From Gemmatimonas phototrophica (lineage in GTDB: Bacteria; Latescibacterota; UBA2968; UBA8231), in the NCBI GenBank assembly GCA_945861755.1, contig CAMAVQ010000009.1:455-64454 (forward strand): a stretch of DNA of 64,000 nucleotides. The letters run 5' to 3'. Below are positions 9,941-18,792 of this stretch, piece after piece. A model generated the notes under the pieces. That model worked only from the letters and a program-made list of their open reading frames with translations. It searched no databases and had not been told where the DNA came from. Position 1 is the first letter of the stretch. The number at the start of each line of letters is the position of its first letter. A program made the translations under genes and the position numbers.

Positions 9941-11053
9941 TCAGGCTACGCGGTATTTCTGGATGGTCTCTTCGCGGATGGTCACGCCCAGGCCGGGGCC
10001 TTCGGGCAGGTGGACGTAGCCGTCGACCACCGGGAATTTCTCCACGGTCAGGTCGTGGCGCAGGGGCGAGTCGGCCATGCAGTACTCAAAGATCTCGCCG
10101 TGGGGCGCGGCGGCCAGGCCGTGCAGGGAGGCGGCGATGGTGATGCCGCTCTTGAAGCTGTGGTTGACCACCTTGCGGTGCAGGCGGTGGGCTAGCCGGG
10201 CTACCTCGACCATGGTGGAGATGCCGCAGCGGCCCGGATCGGGCTGCACCCAGTCCAGGCCGCCTTCGACCAGCAGGCGCTCGAAGTCGGGGTAACGCGC
10301 CTCGGCCTCGCCGGTGGCGATGGGCAGGGGGCTGGCGGCGCAGAGTTGGGCGTACCCTCTGATATCTTCTGGATGAAGGGGCTCTTCTAGCCAGAAGGGC
10401 CGGAACTCGGCGAACTGGTGGGCGCGTTTGAGCGCGGTCTTCCAGTCCCAGACCTGGCCGGCGTCGATGAGCACGTCCACCTGGTCGCCGACCCCGCGCC
10501 GGGCCTCGCGCACCAGGGCGATGTCGTTGGCCTCGCTCTGGCCCATGGGGCCCCAGCCGAACTTGACGGCGGTGAAACCCAGGTCGGCGAAGCGGCGGCC
10601 CAGCTCATAGGTCTGGGCCGGGGTGTCGCCGAAGAGGATGGAGCAGTAGGCGCGGAAGCGGGTTTTATGCGGCCCGCCCAGGAGTTGGTACACGGGGCGG
10701 CCGCAGGCTTTGCCGGCGATATCCCACAGGGCGATGTTGACCCCGGCCATGGCGTGGGCGCCGGCGGCGGTGCGGCCGTAGTAGTTGGCCGCTGCCTGCA
10801 TACGGTGCATACAGGCGTCGAGGGCCAGGGGATCGGCGCCGGTCAGGGCATTGGCCAGGCCATTGCAGATCTGGTGGGAGAGGGGCGCTTCGACGATGGC
10901 CTTGACCACGGTGGGGCAGGAATCGACTTCGCCCCAGCCGGTGAGGCCCTCGTCGGTCTCGATCTTGATCAGGCAGGTGTCCTGGGTGCCGTCGCAGGCG
11001 GCGGTGACCTGGGGCAGGCGCAGGACGATGGCAGAAACGCGGGTGATTTTCAT
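9941..11053 (-). CDS. Mandelate racemase/muconate lactonizing enzyme (enolase superfamily) protein
   Basis: 'IETDEGLTGWGE', 'IALWDIAGKACGRPVYQLLGG', metal ligands 'IDAG..WLEEP..TGE', C-terminal 'PEGPGLGV'. Confidence 0.92.
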   Translation of the reverse strand: MKITRVSAIVLRLPQVTAACDGTQDTCLIKIETDEGLTGWGEVDSCPTVVKAIVEAPLSHQICNGLANALTGADPLALDACMHRMQAAANYYGRTAAGAHAMAGVNIALWDIAGKACGRPVYQLLGGPHKTRFRAYCSILFGDTPAQTYELGRRFADLGFTAVKFGWGPMGQSEANDIALVREARRGVGDQVDVLIDAGQVWDWKTALKRAHQFAEFRPFWLEEPLHPEDIRGYAQLCAASPLPIATGEAEARYPDFERLLVEGGLDWVQPDPGRCGISTMVEVARLAHRLHRKVVNHSFKSGITIAASLHGLAAAPHGEIFEYCMADSPLRHDLTVEKFPVVDGYVHLPEGPGLGVTIREETIQKYRVA

Positions 11054-11062
11054 GGGGTCCTT

Positions 11063-12685
11063 TCAGAAAGTAAACACGGTCTCGATGGTCATCACCTTCT
11101 GGCGTTCCAGCACGCCGAGGGCGGTGCGCCGGTAGAGGAAGCGGGTGTCCCAGCAGAGGGCGACGCCGCTGTTGACTTCTAGGCCCAGCAGGTAGCCGTA
11201 GAAGGTGTCGGGGGTGGGATCGAGAAAGCCGTCCTTCTTGCCATTTTCGTCCAGGTACACGCCGATGTTGTTCTTCTGGTAATAAGCCTGGGCCTGGCGC
11301 AGCCGGGGGATGGACTCGAGCAGGTGCTGGGAGAGGCTGGCGTTGGCGTGGATCTGCTGCTTGGGGTCGTCGCCGCCGGTCAGGTACTGGTAGTCAGCGC
11401 TGGCGTCCACCATGCCGCCCAGGTTGGTGCCGGCCTTGCCGAAGAGGCCGGAAAGGGTCTGGTCGCGGTTCAGGCGGGCGTCCTTGGACTGGGCCTTGCC
11501 GCTGGCCACGTCGAGGCGGGCGCGGTCCAGTTCGTAGAGGTTGTCGAAATAGTTGGAGTCGAAATCCTTCTGGAAGTGGCGGAACTCCAACTGGCCCTTG
11601 AAGGGCCCCATACTTAGCAGCAGGCCAGGGGCGCCCAGGCCGAAGCCCTTGGCTTTGCGGTTGCCGGGTTGCACCCCCTGGCTGTCGGCCTCGGCCAGGG
11701 TCAGCCCGTCGTTGTTGTCCAGCAGCAAGGCCACCTGGCCGTAGAGCTTCAGCTTGAGCTGGCTGCTTTCCACAAGTGGATAGGCCGCGTCGAAGCCGAG
11801 GATGCTGAAGAAGTCCCCGCCCACCTGCTCCTTATTGAAGGGCCGCTTGCGGCTGACCAAGCGGTCCACCGGGAAGACCACGTCGCCGTAATCGGTGTTG
11901 AGCTTGGTGAGGTCGGCGACGATGGCCCCCGGCAGGCCGCTGTTGGGGTCGGCGTCGATGGCGCCGTTGTTGTTGTCATCGCTGTCCAGATCATCGCTTA
12001 CCCCGTCCCCGTCGTTGTCCAGGGCGCGGCTCTTGTCACCGGGGAAGGCATCCACCGCATCCGGGTAGCCGTCCCCGTCGCCGTCCACCAGCCCGCCGTA
12101 CTGGTCCAGATCCACCACATAGGTGAGGCCCAATTCGAGTTTGCCGGTGGCCTTGGCCGAAACCCGCGCCCCCAGCAGGGCGCTGCTTTCCTGGAAGTCC
12201 TGAAAGTTGTTGATCACCCCTTCGACCCCCAGGCCCATGCCGCCGATGTCGCGGCGGTGGAACTGGAGCCCGGTTTTCTTGATGCCCGGGTACTGCAGGG
12301 TGTTGCGGTACCCGTCCATGATCAGGCCGTATCCTAGCGTGACCTGGTCGAGGGCGCCCACCTTGACGAAGGTGTTGTCCTGGGGTTTGCCATAGCGCAC
12401 GTAGTAGAGCTTGCGCAGAAAGGTGTCCGTCGCTTTGGTGGCGGTGCCAAATTCCCAGCCCCGGTCGCTGATGCCGCCCTGGTTATCGATGAAGAGTTCC
12501 ACATCGAGGGCCACACCCCACTTGCCGATGGGGATGTCCGGGCGCAGGCTGAGGCGGTAGAGTTGCTGGTCGCCGACGGTGACGCTGCCCATGCTGGCGC
12601 TGTAGCTGGGTTTGAGGCCGGGCTCCTCGGCGGCAGCCAGGGAGGCGCTGGCCAGGACCAGCAGGCCCCCTAACAATCTATTCAT
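11063..12685 (-). CDS. Hypothetical exported, probably outer-membrane protein with thrombospondin type-3-like Ca-binding loop
   Basis: Signal peptide; amphipathic strands; 'DGDGDGYPDAVDAFP..DNDGDGVSDDLDSDDNNNG'; ends 'TIETVFTF'. Confidence 0.7.
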   Translation of the reverse strand: MNRLLGGLLVLASASLAAAEEPGLKPSYSASMGSVTVGDQQLYRLSLRPDIPIGKWGVALDVELFIDNQGGISDRGWEFGTATKATDTFLRKLYYVRYGKPQDNTFVKVGALDQVTLGYGLIMDGYRNTLQYPGIKKTGLQFHRRDIGGMGLGVEGVINNFQDFQESSALLGARVSAKATGKLELGLTYVVDLDQYGGLVDGDGDGYPDAVDAFPGDKSRALDNDGDGVSDDLDSDDNNNGAIDADPNSGLPGAIVADLTKLNTDYGDVVFPVDRLVSRKRPFNKEQVGGDFFSILGFDAAYPLVESSQLKLKLYGQVALLLDNNDGLTLAEADSQGVQPGNRKAKGFGLGAPGLLLSMGPFKGQLEFRHFQKDFDSNYFDNLYELDRARLDVASGKAQSKDARLNRDQTLSGLFGKAGTNLGGMVDASADYQYLTGGDDPKQQIHANASLSQHLLESIPRLRQAQAYYQKNNIGVYLDENGKKDGFLDPTPDTFYGYLLGLEVNSGVALCWDTRFLYRRTALGVLERQKVMTIETVFTF

Positions 12686-12822
12686 TCAGATATCCTCGGT
12701 GTCAGTGAAGGTGCGGGGTATGGAGCGGAGCAAAAATAAGGATACGGCGGCCCGCAGCGCAAAGTGTGGGTTTGACCGGCCAGGGCTTATATTTCTCTCC
12801 GACATTTGCCAGGAGCGGAAAG

Positions 12823-14649
12823 ATGAGCCGGACTTTGAAAGACCTGATAGACGAGAGTTTTGACCGCCACGCCGCGCGCACGGCGGTGCGGGTGCTCAAA
12901 GGACAGGGCAGTGACTTGAGCTACCAGCCGGTCAGTTACGCCGAGTTGCACCTGCTGCGCGACCGCCTGGCCGGCAGCCTGGCCGGGCTGGGGCTGCAAA
13001 AGGGGCAGCGCTTGGGACTCTTGACGGAGGGCGGATTGGAGTCGGTGCTGGTCTTTATAGCCGCCGACCTGCTGGGCCTGAGCGCCGTGCCCCTGTGCAA
13101 CAAGCTGGCCCCGGAGTTGCTGATCCACACCATCCATCACTCGGGGATCGAACTGCTTTTCACCGATGCCAAGGGGGAGGAAGTGATGGGGCGCATCGCT
13201 TCCTTCATCCGCTCCCCGCTGCGGCGGATACAGATCGAGGGCGAGGAATGGGCGGGGCTGCTGCGCGCCGACGCTCCGCCCCCGCCGAGGGTGGAGGTGC
13301 GGCCCGAGGACGAGTCCAAGGTGCTCTATACCTCGGGTTCGTCTGGACTGCCCAAGGGGGTAGTCCAGACCAACGCCAACATCGTCGCCAACGTGGAGGA
13401 GGTGTGGGACCTGATCAGCCGGCGCGAGCCCTTCCGGTTCTTCAAGTCGGCCCCCGATTACCACTCCATGGGCATCCTCAATATTTATTATCCATTGGCC
13501 AAGGGCTGGGTGCTGGACCTGGCCCGCTCTCCGGACCGGGTGCTGAGCGACATTCGTTATTCCGCGCCGGAGGGTTTTCTCACCGTGCCATTAATACTTG
13601 ACAAGGTTTTCGGCAACGTGCGCAAGGAGATCCAGGCCGGCGGGCTGAAAGGCCGGCTGATCCAGCGGGCGATCCAGGCCAGGCAGCGGCTGGCGCGGGG
13701 CGAGGCCGGGTTGGGGGACCGGCTGGTCGATGCCACCATAGGAAGCAGGGTGGTGGCCAAGATCCGCGAGCAGCTCAATAAGCGGGTGGGCGCCAACCTG
13801 GAAGTACTCATCGTCGGCTCGGCCAAGGCCGATCCAGAAGCGCTCGATTTTTTCCAAGAGGTGCTGGGCATCCGCACCTTTGAGGGGTACGGTGTCACCG
13901 AATGCGCCCCGTTGATCGCGGCCAACCACCTGGGGGGGCGCAAGGTGGGCACGGTGGGCCGGCCCCTGATCGAGGTGAAGCTGGTAGGACCGCAGGGAGA
14001 GGAAGTGGGACACGGCGACCCGGCGACGGGGCAGTACCGGGGCAGCAGCGGCCAGGTGGGGGATTTGTGGGCCAGCGGCCCCAACGTGATGAAAGGCTAC
14101 CTCGACGACCCCGAGCAGACCGCCCGGGTGTTGGTCGAGGACGCGGCGGGCAAGATCTGGTACCGGACCGGCGATTTGTTCAGCATGGACGAGGAGGGGT
14201 TTCTCCGTTTTAGCGGGCGGGTGGGCCGGCAGTTCAAGCTGAGCAACGGGGAGTTCATCAACCCCGAACTCCTGGAACGTGTGTACACGCGGGCGTTGCT
14301 GGTGGAGCACGTGCTGATCTGGGGCGATCAACACCTGAGCGCGCCCATGGCCCTGGTGACGGTGGATGTGGAGGAAGCCAAGAAGATTGTCGATATACCC
14401 GGCTTGCCCGTGGAGGACGAAGCTGCGCTGCGCTGCCATCCGGCCCTGGCCGAGCGGGTGCGCCAGCTCCTGCTCAGGGAGGCGGACGAGGCCGGGCTGC
14501 CGGCGTATGAGCGGCCTCAGAAGGTAATCTTGTTACCGGAGCCGCTCAGCGAGGAGGCCGGCACGCTGACCAAGGGGCTGAAAAAGGTGGTGCCCGGCGA
14601 GGTGGTGAAGCGGTATCACCAGGTTATCGAGGCGGCGCTCAAGTCTTGA
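12823..14649 (+). CDS. Long-chain acyl-CoA synthetase / AMP-binding enzyme
   Basis: 'YTSGSSGLPKGV', 'EGYGVTE', 'YRTGD', 'GRVGRQFKLSNGEFINP'; ATG 12823 with AGGAG RBS. Confidence 0.9.
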   Translation: MSRTLKDLIDESFDRHAARTAVRVLKGQGSDLSYQPVSYAELHLLRDRLAGSLAGLGLQKGQRLGLLTEGGLESVLVFIAADLLGLSAVPLCNKLAPELLIHTIHHSGIELLFTDAKGEEVMGRIASFIRSPLRRIQIEGEEWAGLLRADAPPPPRVEVRPEDESKVLYTSGSSGLPKGVVQTNANIVANVEEVWDLISRREPFRFFKSAPDYHSMGILNIYYPLAKGWVLDLARSPDRVLSDIRYSAPEGFLTVPLILDKVFGNVRKEIQAGGLKGRLIQRAIQARQRLARGEAGLGDRLVDATIGSRVVAKIREQLNKRVGANLEVLIVGSAKADPEALDFFQEVLGIRTFEGYGVTECAPLIAANHLGGRKVGTVGRPLIEVKLVGPQGEEVGHGDPATGQYRGSSGQVGDLWASGPNVMKGYLDDPEQTARVLVEDAAGKIWYRTGDLFSMDEEGFLRFSGRVGRQFKLSNGEFINPELLERVYTRALLVEHVLIWGDQHLSAPMALVTVDVEEAKKIVDIPGLPVEDEAALRCHPALAERVRQLLLREADEAGLPAYERPQKVILLPEPLSEEAGTLTKGLKKVVPGEVVKRYHQVIEAALKS

Positions 14650-15745
14650 GGCAGTGCCACAGATTCTGCAGCAGCACCCGGTTGTCCCCGCCCAAATAGG
14701 ACAGTTCCCCGCCCATACGGCTGAAGGATTTGCAGAAGCGCAGGTAGTAGGCCGGATCGCTCTGGGGCGGTTCGCCCTTGGACCAGTCCCAGGAGAGCGG
14801 GGCCAGGTCGTTGACGGCGATGTAGGGCCGCAGGATTTTCTGGCCCTCTTGCAGGCGCAGGTCGTTGGCGATGGAAAGGGCTTTCTCAAAGACCTGGGGG
14901 GCCATGATCGCCGAGCCCACCGAGAGGAAAACGCCGCCCTCCAACTTGCTCACGCTGGCGGCAAAGACCTGATAGTCGATGCCGGCCCCCCGGCCCAGGA
15001 TGGCGCCGTTGGCCATTGGGTGGTTGTAGACGATGTCGTAGCCGATGCCGGGGTGTACGGTGAGGGGCACGCTTAGGCGGAAGGCATTGGCGGTGAGGGA
15101 GAACTCTTTGTGGGCATGGGGCACCTGCCAGGGGCCGGGATGCAGGTCGAAGCGGGCCATGGCCTGCAGCAGTTCGGCGCGGGCCGGCATGTGTTCGTCG
15201 TCGACGGGGTTGCGGCTCCAGTCGGCCAGTGCGGCAGCCAGTTCCTCCCGGGCCGGCAGTTGGCAACCCTCCTCCCAGATGAATTTCCCCAGCGCTTCGC
15301 CGTAGCCCCTGCCCTCTAGGCTGCCGGCCAGCACCGCCAGGTGGATATAGAGGCCGGTCTCCTGCCAGGCGCCGAAACAGCCTTGGGCCACATGGGCGCG
15401 CACATCTTCCTCGGAACGGCCCTGGAAGGCGTATTCCCAGTCGTGGATGGTGCCGGCCCCGTTGGTGGCCAGGTGGGTGATCCAGCTTCCTTCCAGCAGG
15501 CGGGTTACCACCGGACCCAGGCCGTTTTTGACCAGGTGGGCCCCGTACGCCAGGATCACCGCGGCACCCTGTTGGCGGGCTTTGCGGATGCGCGCCGCTA
15601 GCTGGGCGATGCCGGCGGCCATGGTGCCCGGTTCAGGCGGAGGAGCGTCGGGGTCGACGCGGATTTCTTCGATGGTGTGTTTGCTCTGGCGGGTGGCCAG
15701 GGGCCGGACGCGGATCTGGCGCGGGTCGATGCGCTTATAGGGCAT
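14639..15745 (-). CDS. Conserved hypothetical protein, deoxyhypusine-synthase-like fold
   Basis: 'ILAYGAHLVKNGL', 'HLATNGAGTIHD', 'TVHPGIGYDIV', 'LSVGSAIMAPQVFEKAL'. Confidence 0.6.
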   Translation of the reverse strand: MPYKRIDPRQIRVRPLATRQSKHTIEEIRVDPDAPPPEPGTMAAGIAQLAARIRKARQQGAAVILAYGAHLVKNGLGPVVTRLLEGSWITHLATNGAGTIHDWEYAFQGRSEEDVRAHVAQGCFGAWQETGLYIHLAVLAGSLEGRGYGEALGKFIWEEGCQLPAREELAAALADWSRNPVDDEHMPARAELLQAMARFDLHPGPWQVPHAHKEFSLTANAFRLSVPLTVHPGIGYDIVYNHPMANGAILGRGAGIDYQVFAASVSKLEGGVFLSVGSAIMAPQVFEKALSIANDLRLQEGQKILRPYIAVNDLAPLSWDWSKGEPPQSDPAYYLRFCKSFSRMGGELSYLGGDNRVLLQNLWHCLKT

Positions 15746-16784
15746 GGCGCAGTTCCCGGTAACGGCGCAGGATCTGGGTGGGCGAAGCAGTGCCGGTGGT
15801 CCCCAGTTGCTGGATGGTGATGGAGGCGGTCAGGTTGGCGATGAGAGCTGCCTCGCCTAATTCGGCGCCGGCGCTCAGGGCGGCGACCAGCGCCGCGGAG
15901 GTGGAATCTCCGGCCCCCACTGGGTCGATGGGGCCCGCGACGCGAAAGGCGGCAATGTGTTCCACCGGGTTGCCCTGAGCCACCAACATACCCCGTTCCC
16001 CCAGGGTGAGGAAGACCGGGCGGCGGCTGCGGCGGGAGAGAGCCTGGGCATGGGCCGTGGAGGTGCGCAGAGAAGGTGGGCGGCGGCTGGTGCTGCCCAG
16101 AGCGCGGGCGGCCTCGAACTGGTTGGGTTTGATCATCACCTGGCGAAAGAGGCCGATGAGTTGGCGCGAGTCGGCCAGGAAGATCTGGTCGGGCCGCTGG
16201 CGGGCTTGTTCGGCCAGGAAGCGCCGCACTCGCGCGGTGAGCACCCCACAACCGGGCTCGCTCACTTGGTCCAGCAGGACGACACCGTGCCAGGTGGGCA
16301 GCTGTTCTTTGAGGTGGGCGATGAGTTGGTCTTGTAGATCGCGCGGGGTGGGCCGGCGGTTCTTGGTGTCGAGGCGCTCCAACTCTTCGCGCACCGGCAG
16401 GCCGGGGCGGGCGCTGTCCACATAGCAGGGTTTGCCGTAGGTGGGGGTGAAGCGATCCGGGCGGCTGAAGAAGCCGTCGAGGTGGAGCCCCAGGCCTTTC
16501 ATGGCCCGGCGCAGCTCGAAGCCTTCGCCGTCATCGCCGCAGAAACCCACGGCCTCCACCGTGCCCACGCCCAGGGCGGCGAGGTTGGCGGCCACGGTGC
16601 CGGCGGCGCCGGCCTGGCGGCGGGTGCGCACCACCTGGTAGCAGGTGCGGCCGGTTTCGAGCGAGCGCTCGTCGAGCCGGGGGTCACAATCGTAGTACGC
16701 GTCGAGGAAGAAGTCGCCGACCACCCCGATGCGCAGGTCAGCAAAGGAGCGGAGCAGGTGGCGCAGGCGCGATTCAGTCAGCAT
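15735..16784 (-). CDS. PfkB-family sugar kinase, RfaE/HldE kinase-domain-like
   Basis: 'VVGDFFLD', 'GAAGTVAANLAALG', 'IKPNQFE', 'DPVGAGDS'; ATG overlaps the stop of the upstream HAD gene. Confidence 0.88.
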   Translation of the reverse strand: MLTESRLRHLLRSFADLRIGVVGDFFLDAYYDCDPRLDERSLETGRTCYQVVRTRRQAGAAGTVAANLAALGVGTVEAVGFCGDDGEGFELRRAMKGLGLHLDGFFSRPDRFTPTYGKPCYVDSARPGLPVREELERLDTKNRRPTPRDLQDQLIAHLKEQLPTWHGVVLLDQVSEPGCGVLTARVRRFLAEQARQRPDQIFLADSRQLIGLFRQVMIKPNQFEAARALGSTSRRPPSLRTSTAHAQALSRRSRRPVFLTLGERGMLVAQGNPVEHIAAFRVAGPIDPVGAGDSTSAALVAALSAGAELGEAALIANLTASITIQQLGTTGTASPTQILRRYRELRHAL

Positions 16785-17626
16785 CAATCCACCTCGCCGA
16801 ACAGGTAGGCCAGTAGGAGCTGACTCTCCTGCCAATTGGGGACCAGTAGGTCAGCGCCCACCTCCAGCAGGCGGCTTTTCTTCCATTCGTCCCATTCCTG
16901 GGTCCCGTCCTCGCAGGTGGCGGCGCCTACTGCCAGGCCCCCCACCTCTTTGGTATTGTCGATCTCCACATACCCATCGCCGAAGGCGACCAACTCGGGG
17001 CCGTGCAGGTGGTTCTCGGCGATGATGCGGGCGATGAGCAGTTTCTTGGTGGAACTTTTATAGTCCTCCTGCGCCCCGTAGATGCGATCGGCGAAATAGG
17101 GGGCTACCCCCAGCAAACCGGCCTCCTCGACCACGAATGGATGGTCCGTGCCGCTGGCCAAATAGCAGGTGACACCCCGGCGGGCCAGATTATCCAGTAG
17201 TTCGATGCTGGCGGGCACCAGGTACGCGGCGGGGGCTTCCCGGCGCTGGCGCAGGGCGTCGAGCCGGTCGCGGATGCACTCTCCCAGTCGGCGCAGGTAT
17301 TCCCATTTGTATTCGGCGGCCGGTTGGGGAGTGCCACCGAGCCGGCGCACTTCGGCCTCCAGGTGCAGCATCTGGTAGATGGTCTGCTCGCCGGTGAGGC
17401 GGGTGATGTACTCGCGGGAGAAATGATGCCAACCCTCGGGTGGAGGTGCGGCGGGGGTGCGGGACAATTCCTCGACGGCATGGATGATCATCACCTCTTG
17501 CCAGCCGGTCCGCAGCAGGGAGAGGGTGCCGTCGAAATCGAAAACCGCGTGGCGGATGTGACCGCGCTGAATTTCGGGATGGTGGACCTCGATGGTGCGG
17601 CCCAGGATGCGGGGTGGAGTTTTCAT
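16784..17626 (-). CDS. HAD-family hydrolase
   Basis: Motif I 'FDFDGT', motif II 'LASGT', motif IV 'FGDGYVEI'; ATG 17626 (the ORF-track extension runs into a repeat). Confidence 0.88.
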   Translation of the reverse strand: MKTPPRILGRTIEVHHPEIQRGHIRHAVFDFDGTLSLLRTGWQEVMIIHAVEELSRTPAAPPPEGWHHFSREYITRLTGEQTIYQMLHLEAEVRRLGGTPQPAAEYKWEYLRRLGECIRDRLDALRQRREAPAAYLVPASIELLDNLARRGVTCYLASGTDHPFVVEEAGLLGVAPYFADRIYGAQEDYKSSTKKLLIARIIAENHLHGPELVAFGDGYVEIDNTKEVGGLAVGAATCEDGTQEWDEWKKSRLLEVGADLLVPNWQESQLLLAYLFGEVD

Positions 17627-17636
17627 TAGGAACGCA

Positions 17637-17665
17637 AGAGTAGGAGGAGGGTGGATGGCTGTCAA
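17637..17665 (-). promoter_or_regulatory. Sigma70-type promoter, near-leaderless transcript for the HAD operon
   Basis: Minus strand TTGACA-17 bp-TACTCT; only 10 nt from the -10 box to ATG; no SD. Confidence 0.6.
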
Positions 17666-17720
17666 GGTGCCCACCGGGTAGGCGGCAGGGAGTGGCCCTG
17701 GAGACCATACTGTAGGCGGC

Positions 17721-17855
17721 GGGGAGATGACCCTGGAGACTTTTCTCGGGGAGTGGTGGGGAAGGGAAGTCCGCGAGGTGGTGGGCCGGGTAGCGGAGCG
17801 TAGCGAGCGAGGGGGCAGGACGCGCCTGGAGAAAAGTCGGAACGGGTCGCTCACC
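17721..17855 (-). repeat. ~135-bp palindromic element, copy 3
   Basis: Reverse complement matches copy 1; stem variant GACTTTTCTC/GAGAAAAGTC; partial duplicate of its end at 17679-17705. Confidence 0.9.
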
Positions 17856-17904
17856 GCCGCCCCCTCGCTTGTAATCCCCTGGGCAAACCTGTAATTTCAT
17901 GCAC

Positions 17905-18792
17905 ATGGCTATCCACAAAGCAGTCCTGCCCGTCGCCGGCATGGGCACCCGCCTCTTGCCGGCCACCAAGTGCCAGCCCAAGGAAATGCTGCCGGTGGGG
18001 TACAAGCCGGTGGTGCAGTACGTGGTCGAGGAGATGGTGGGTGAGGGCATCGACAAATTCCTCTTCATCACCGGCCGCAAGAAACGCTCCATCGAGGACC
18101 ACTTCGACGACGATCCCGAGCTGGAGGCCCGGCTCTCGGGCAAGGCCGAGGCCATCGACGAGCTGGATTACGCGGGCCTGGGTATCGACTTCCTCTACGC
18201 CCGCCAGCGTCGGCCCTTGGGCAATGCCGACGCCGTGCGCCTGGCCGCCCAGTTTGTGGGCGACGAGTCTTTTGTGGTGGGCTTCGGCGACACCATCATC
18301 TATTCGCAACGCAATCCAGGGGTGGTGGGCCGCATGGTCGAGGCCCACGAGCGCCATCAGGCCGCGGCCACCATCGCCGTATGGGAGGTGCCCCGCGACG
18401 AGGTGCGCAAGTACGGGGTGGTGCAGCCGGAGGGCGAGGCCGGCGACGATTTTTCCATCGCCGACATCGTCGAGAAACCCCGGCCCGAAGAGGCCCCCAG
18501 CAACCTGGCGGTGGCGGCCCGCTATGTGTTTACTCCCGAAATTTTCGCTGCCATCGCGGCCACCCGGCCCGGCCTGGGCGGCGAGTTGTGGCTCACCGAC
18601 GCCATCCGCCTGCTGATCGCCGGGGGGGCCAGGGTGCGCTGTTTGCGCCTGCAACCAGACGAACAGCGCTACGACATCGGCACCCCCATGACCTATTACC
18701 GGGCTTTCGCCGACTTTGCCCTGCGCGATCCCCAGCACGGCCCGGCCTTTGCCCGTTACCTGAGAGAGAAGTTGGACAGGGAAAAATTATGA
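17905..18792 (+). CDS. galU: UTP--glucose-1-phosphate uridylyltransferase
   Basis: 'KAVLPVAGMGTRLLPATKCQPKEMLPV', 'IEDHFD', 'IVEKP', 'GELWLTDAI'. Confidence 0.88.
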   Translation: MAIHKAVLPVAGMGTRLLPATKCQPKEMLPVGYKPVVQYVVEEMVGEGIDKFLFITGRKKRSIEDHFDDDPELEARLSGKAEAIDELDYAGLGIDFLYARQRRPLGNADAVRLAAQFVGDESFVVGFGDTIIYSQRNPGVVGRMVEAHERHQAAATIAVWEVPRDEVRKYGVVQPEGEAGDDFSIADIVEKPRPEEAPSNLAVAARYVFTPEIFAAIAATRPGLGGELWLTDAIRLLIAGGARVRCLRLQPDEQRYDIGTPMTYYRAFADFALRDPQHGPAFARYLREKLDREKL

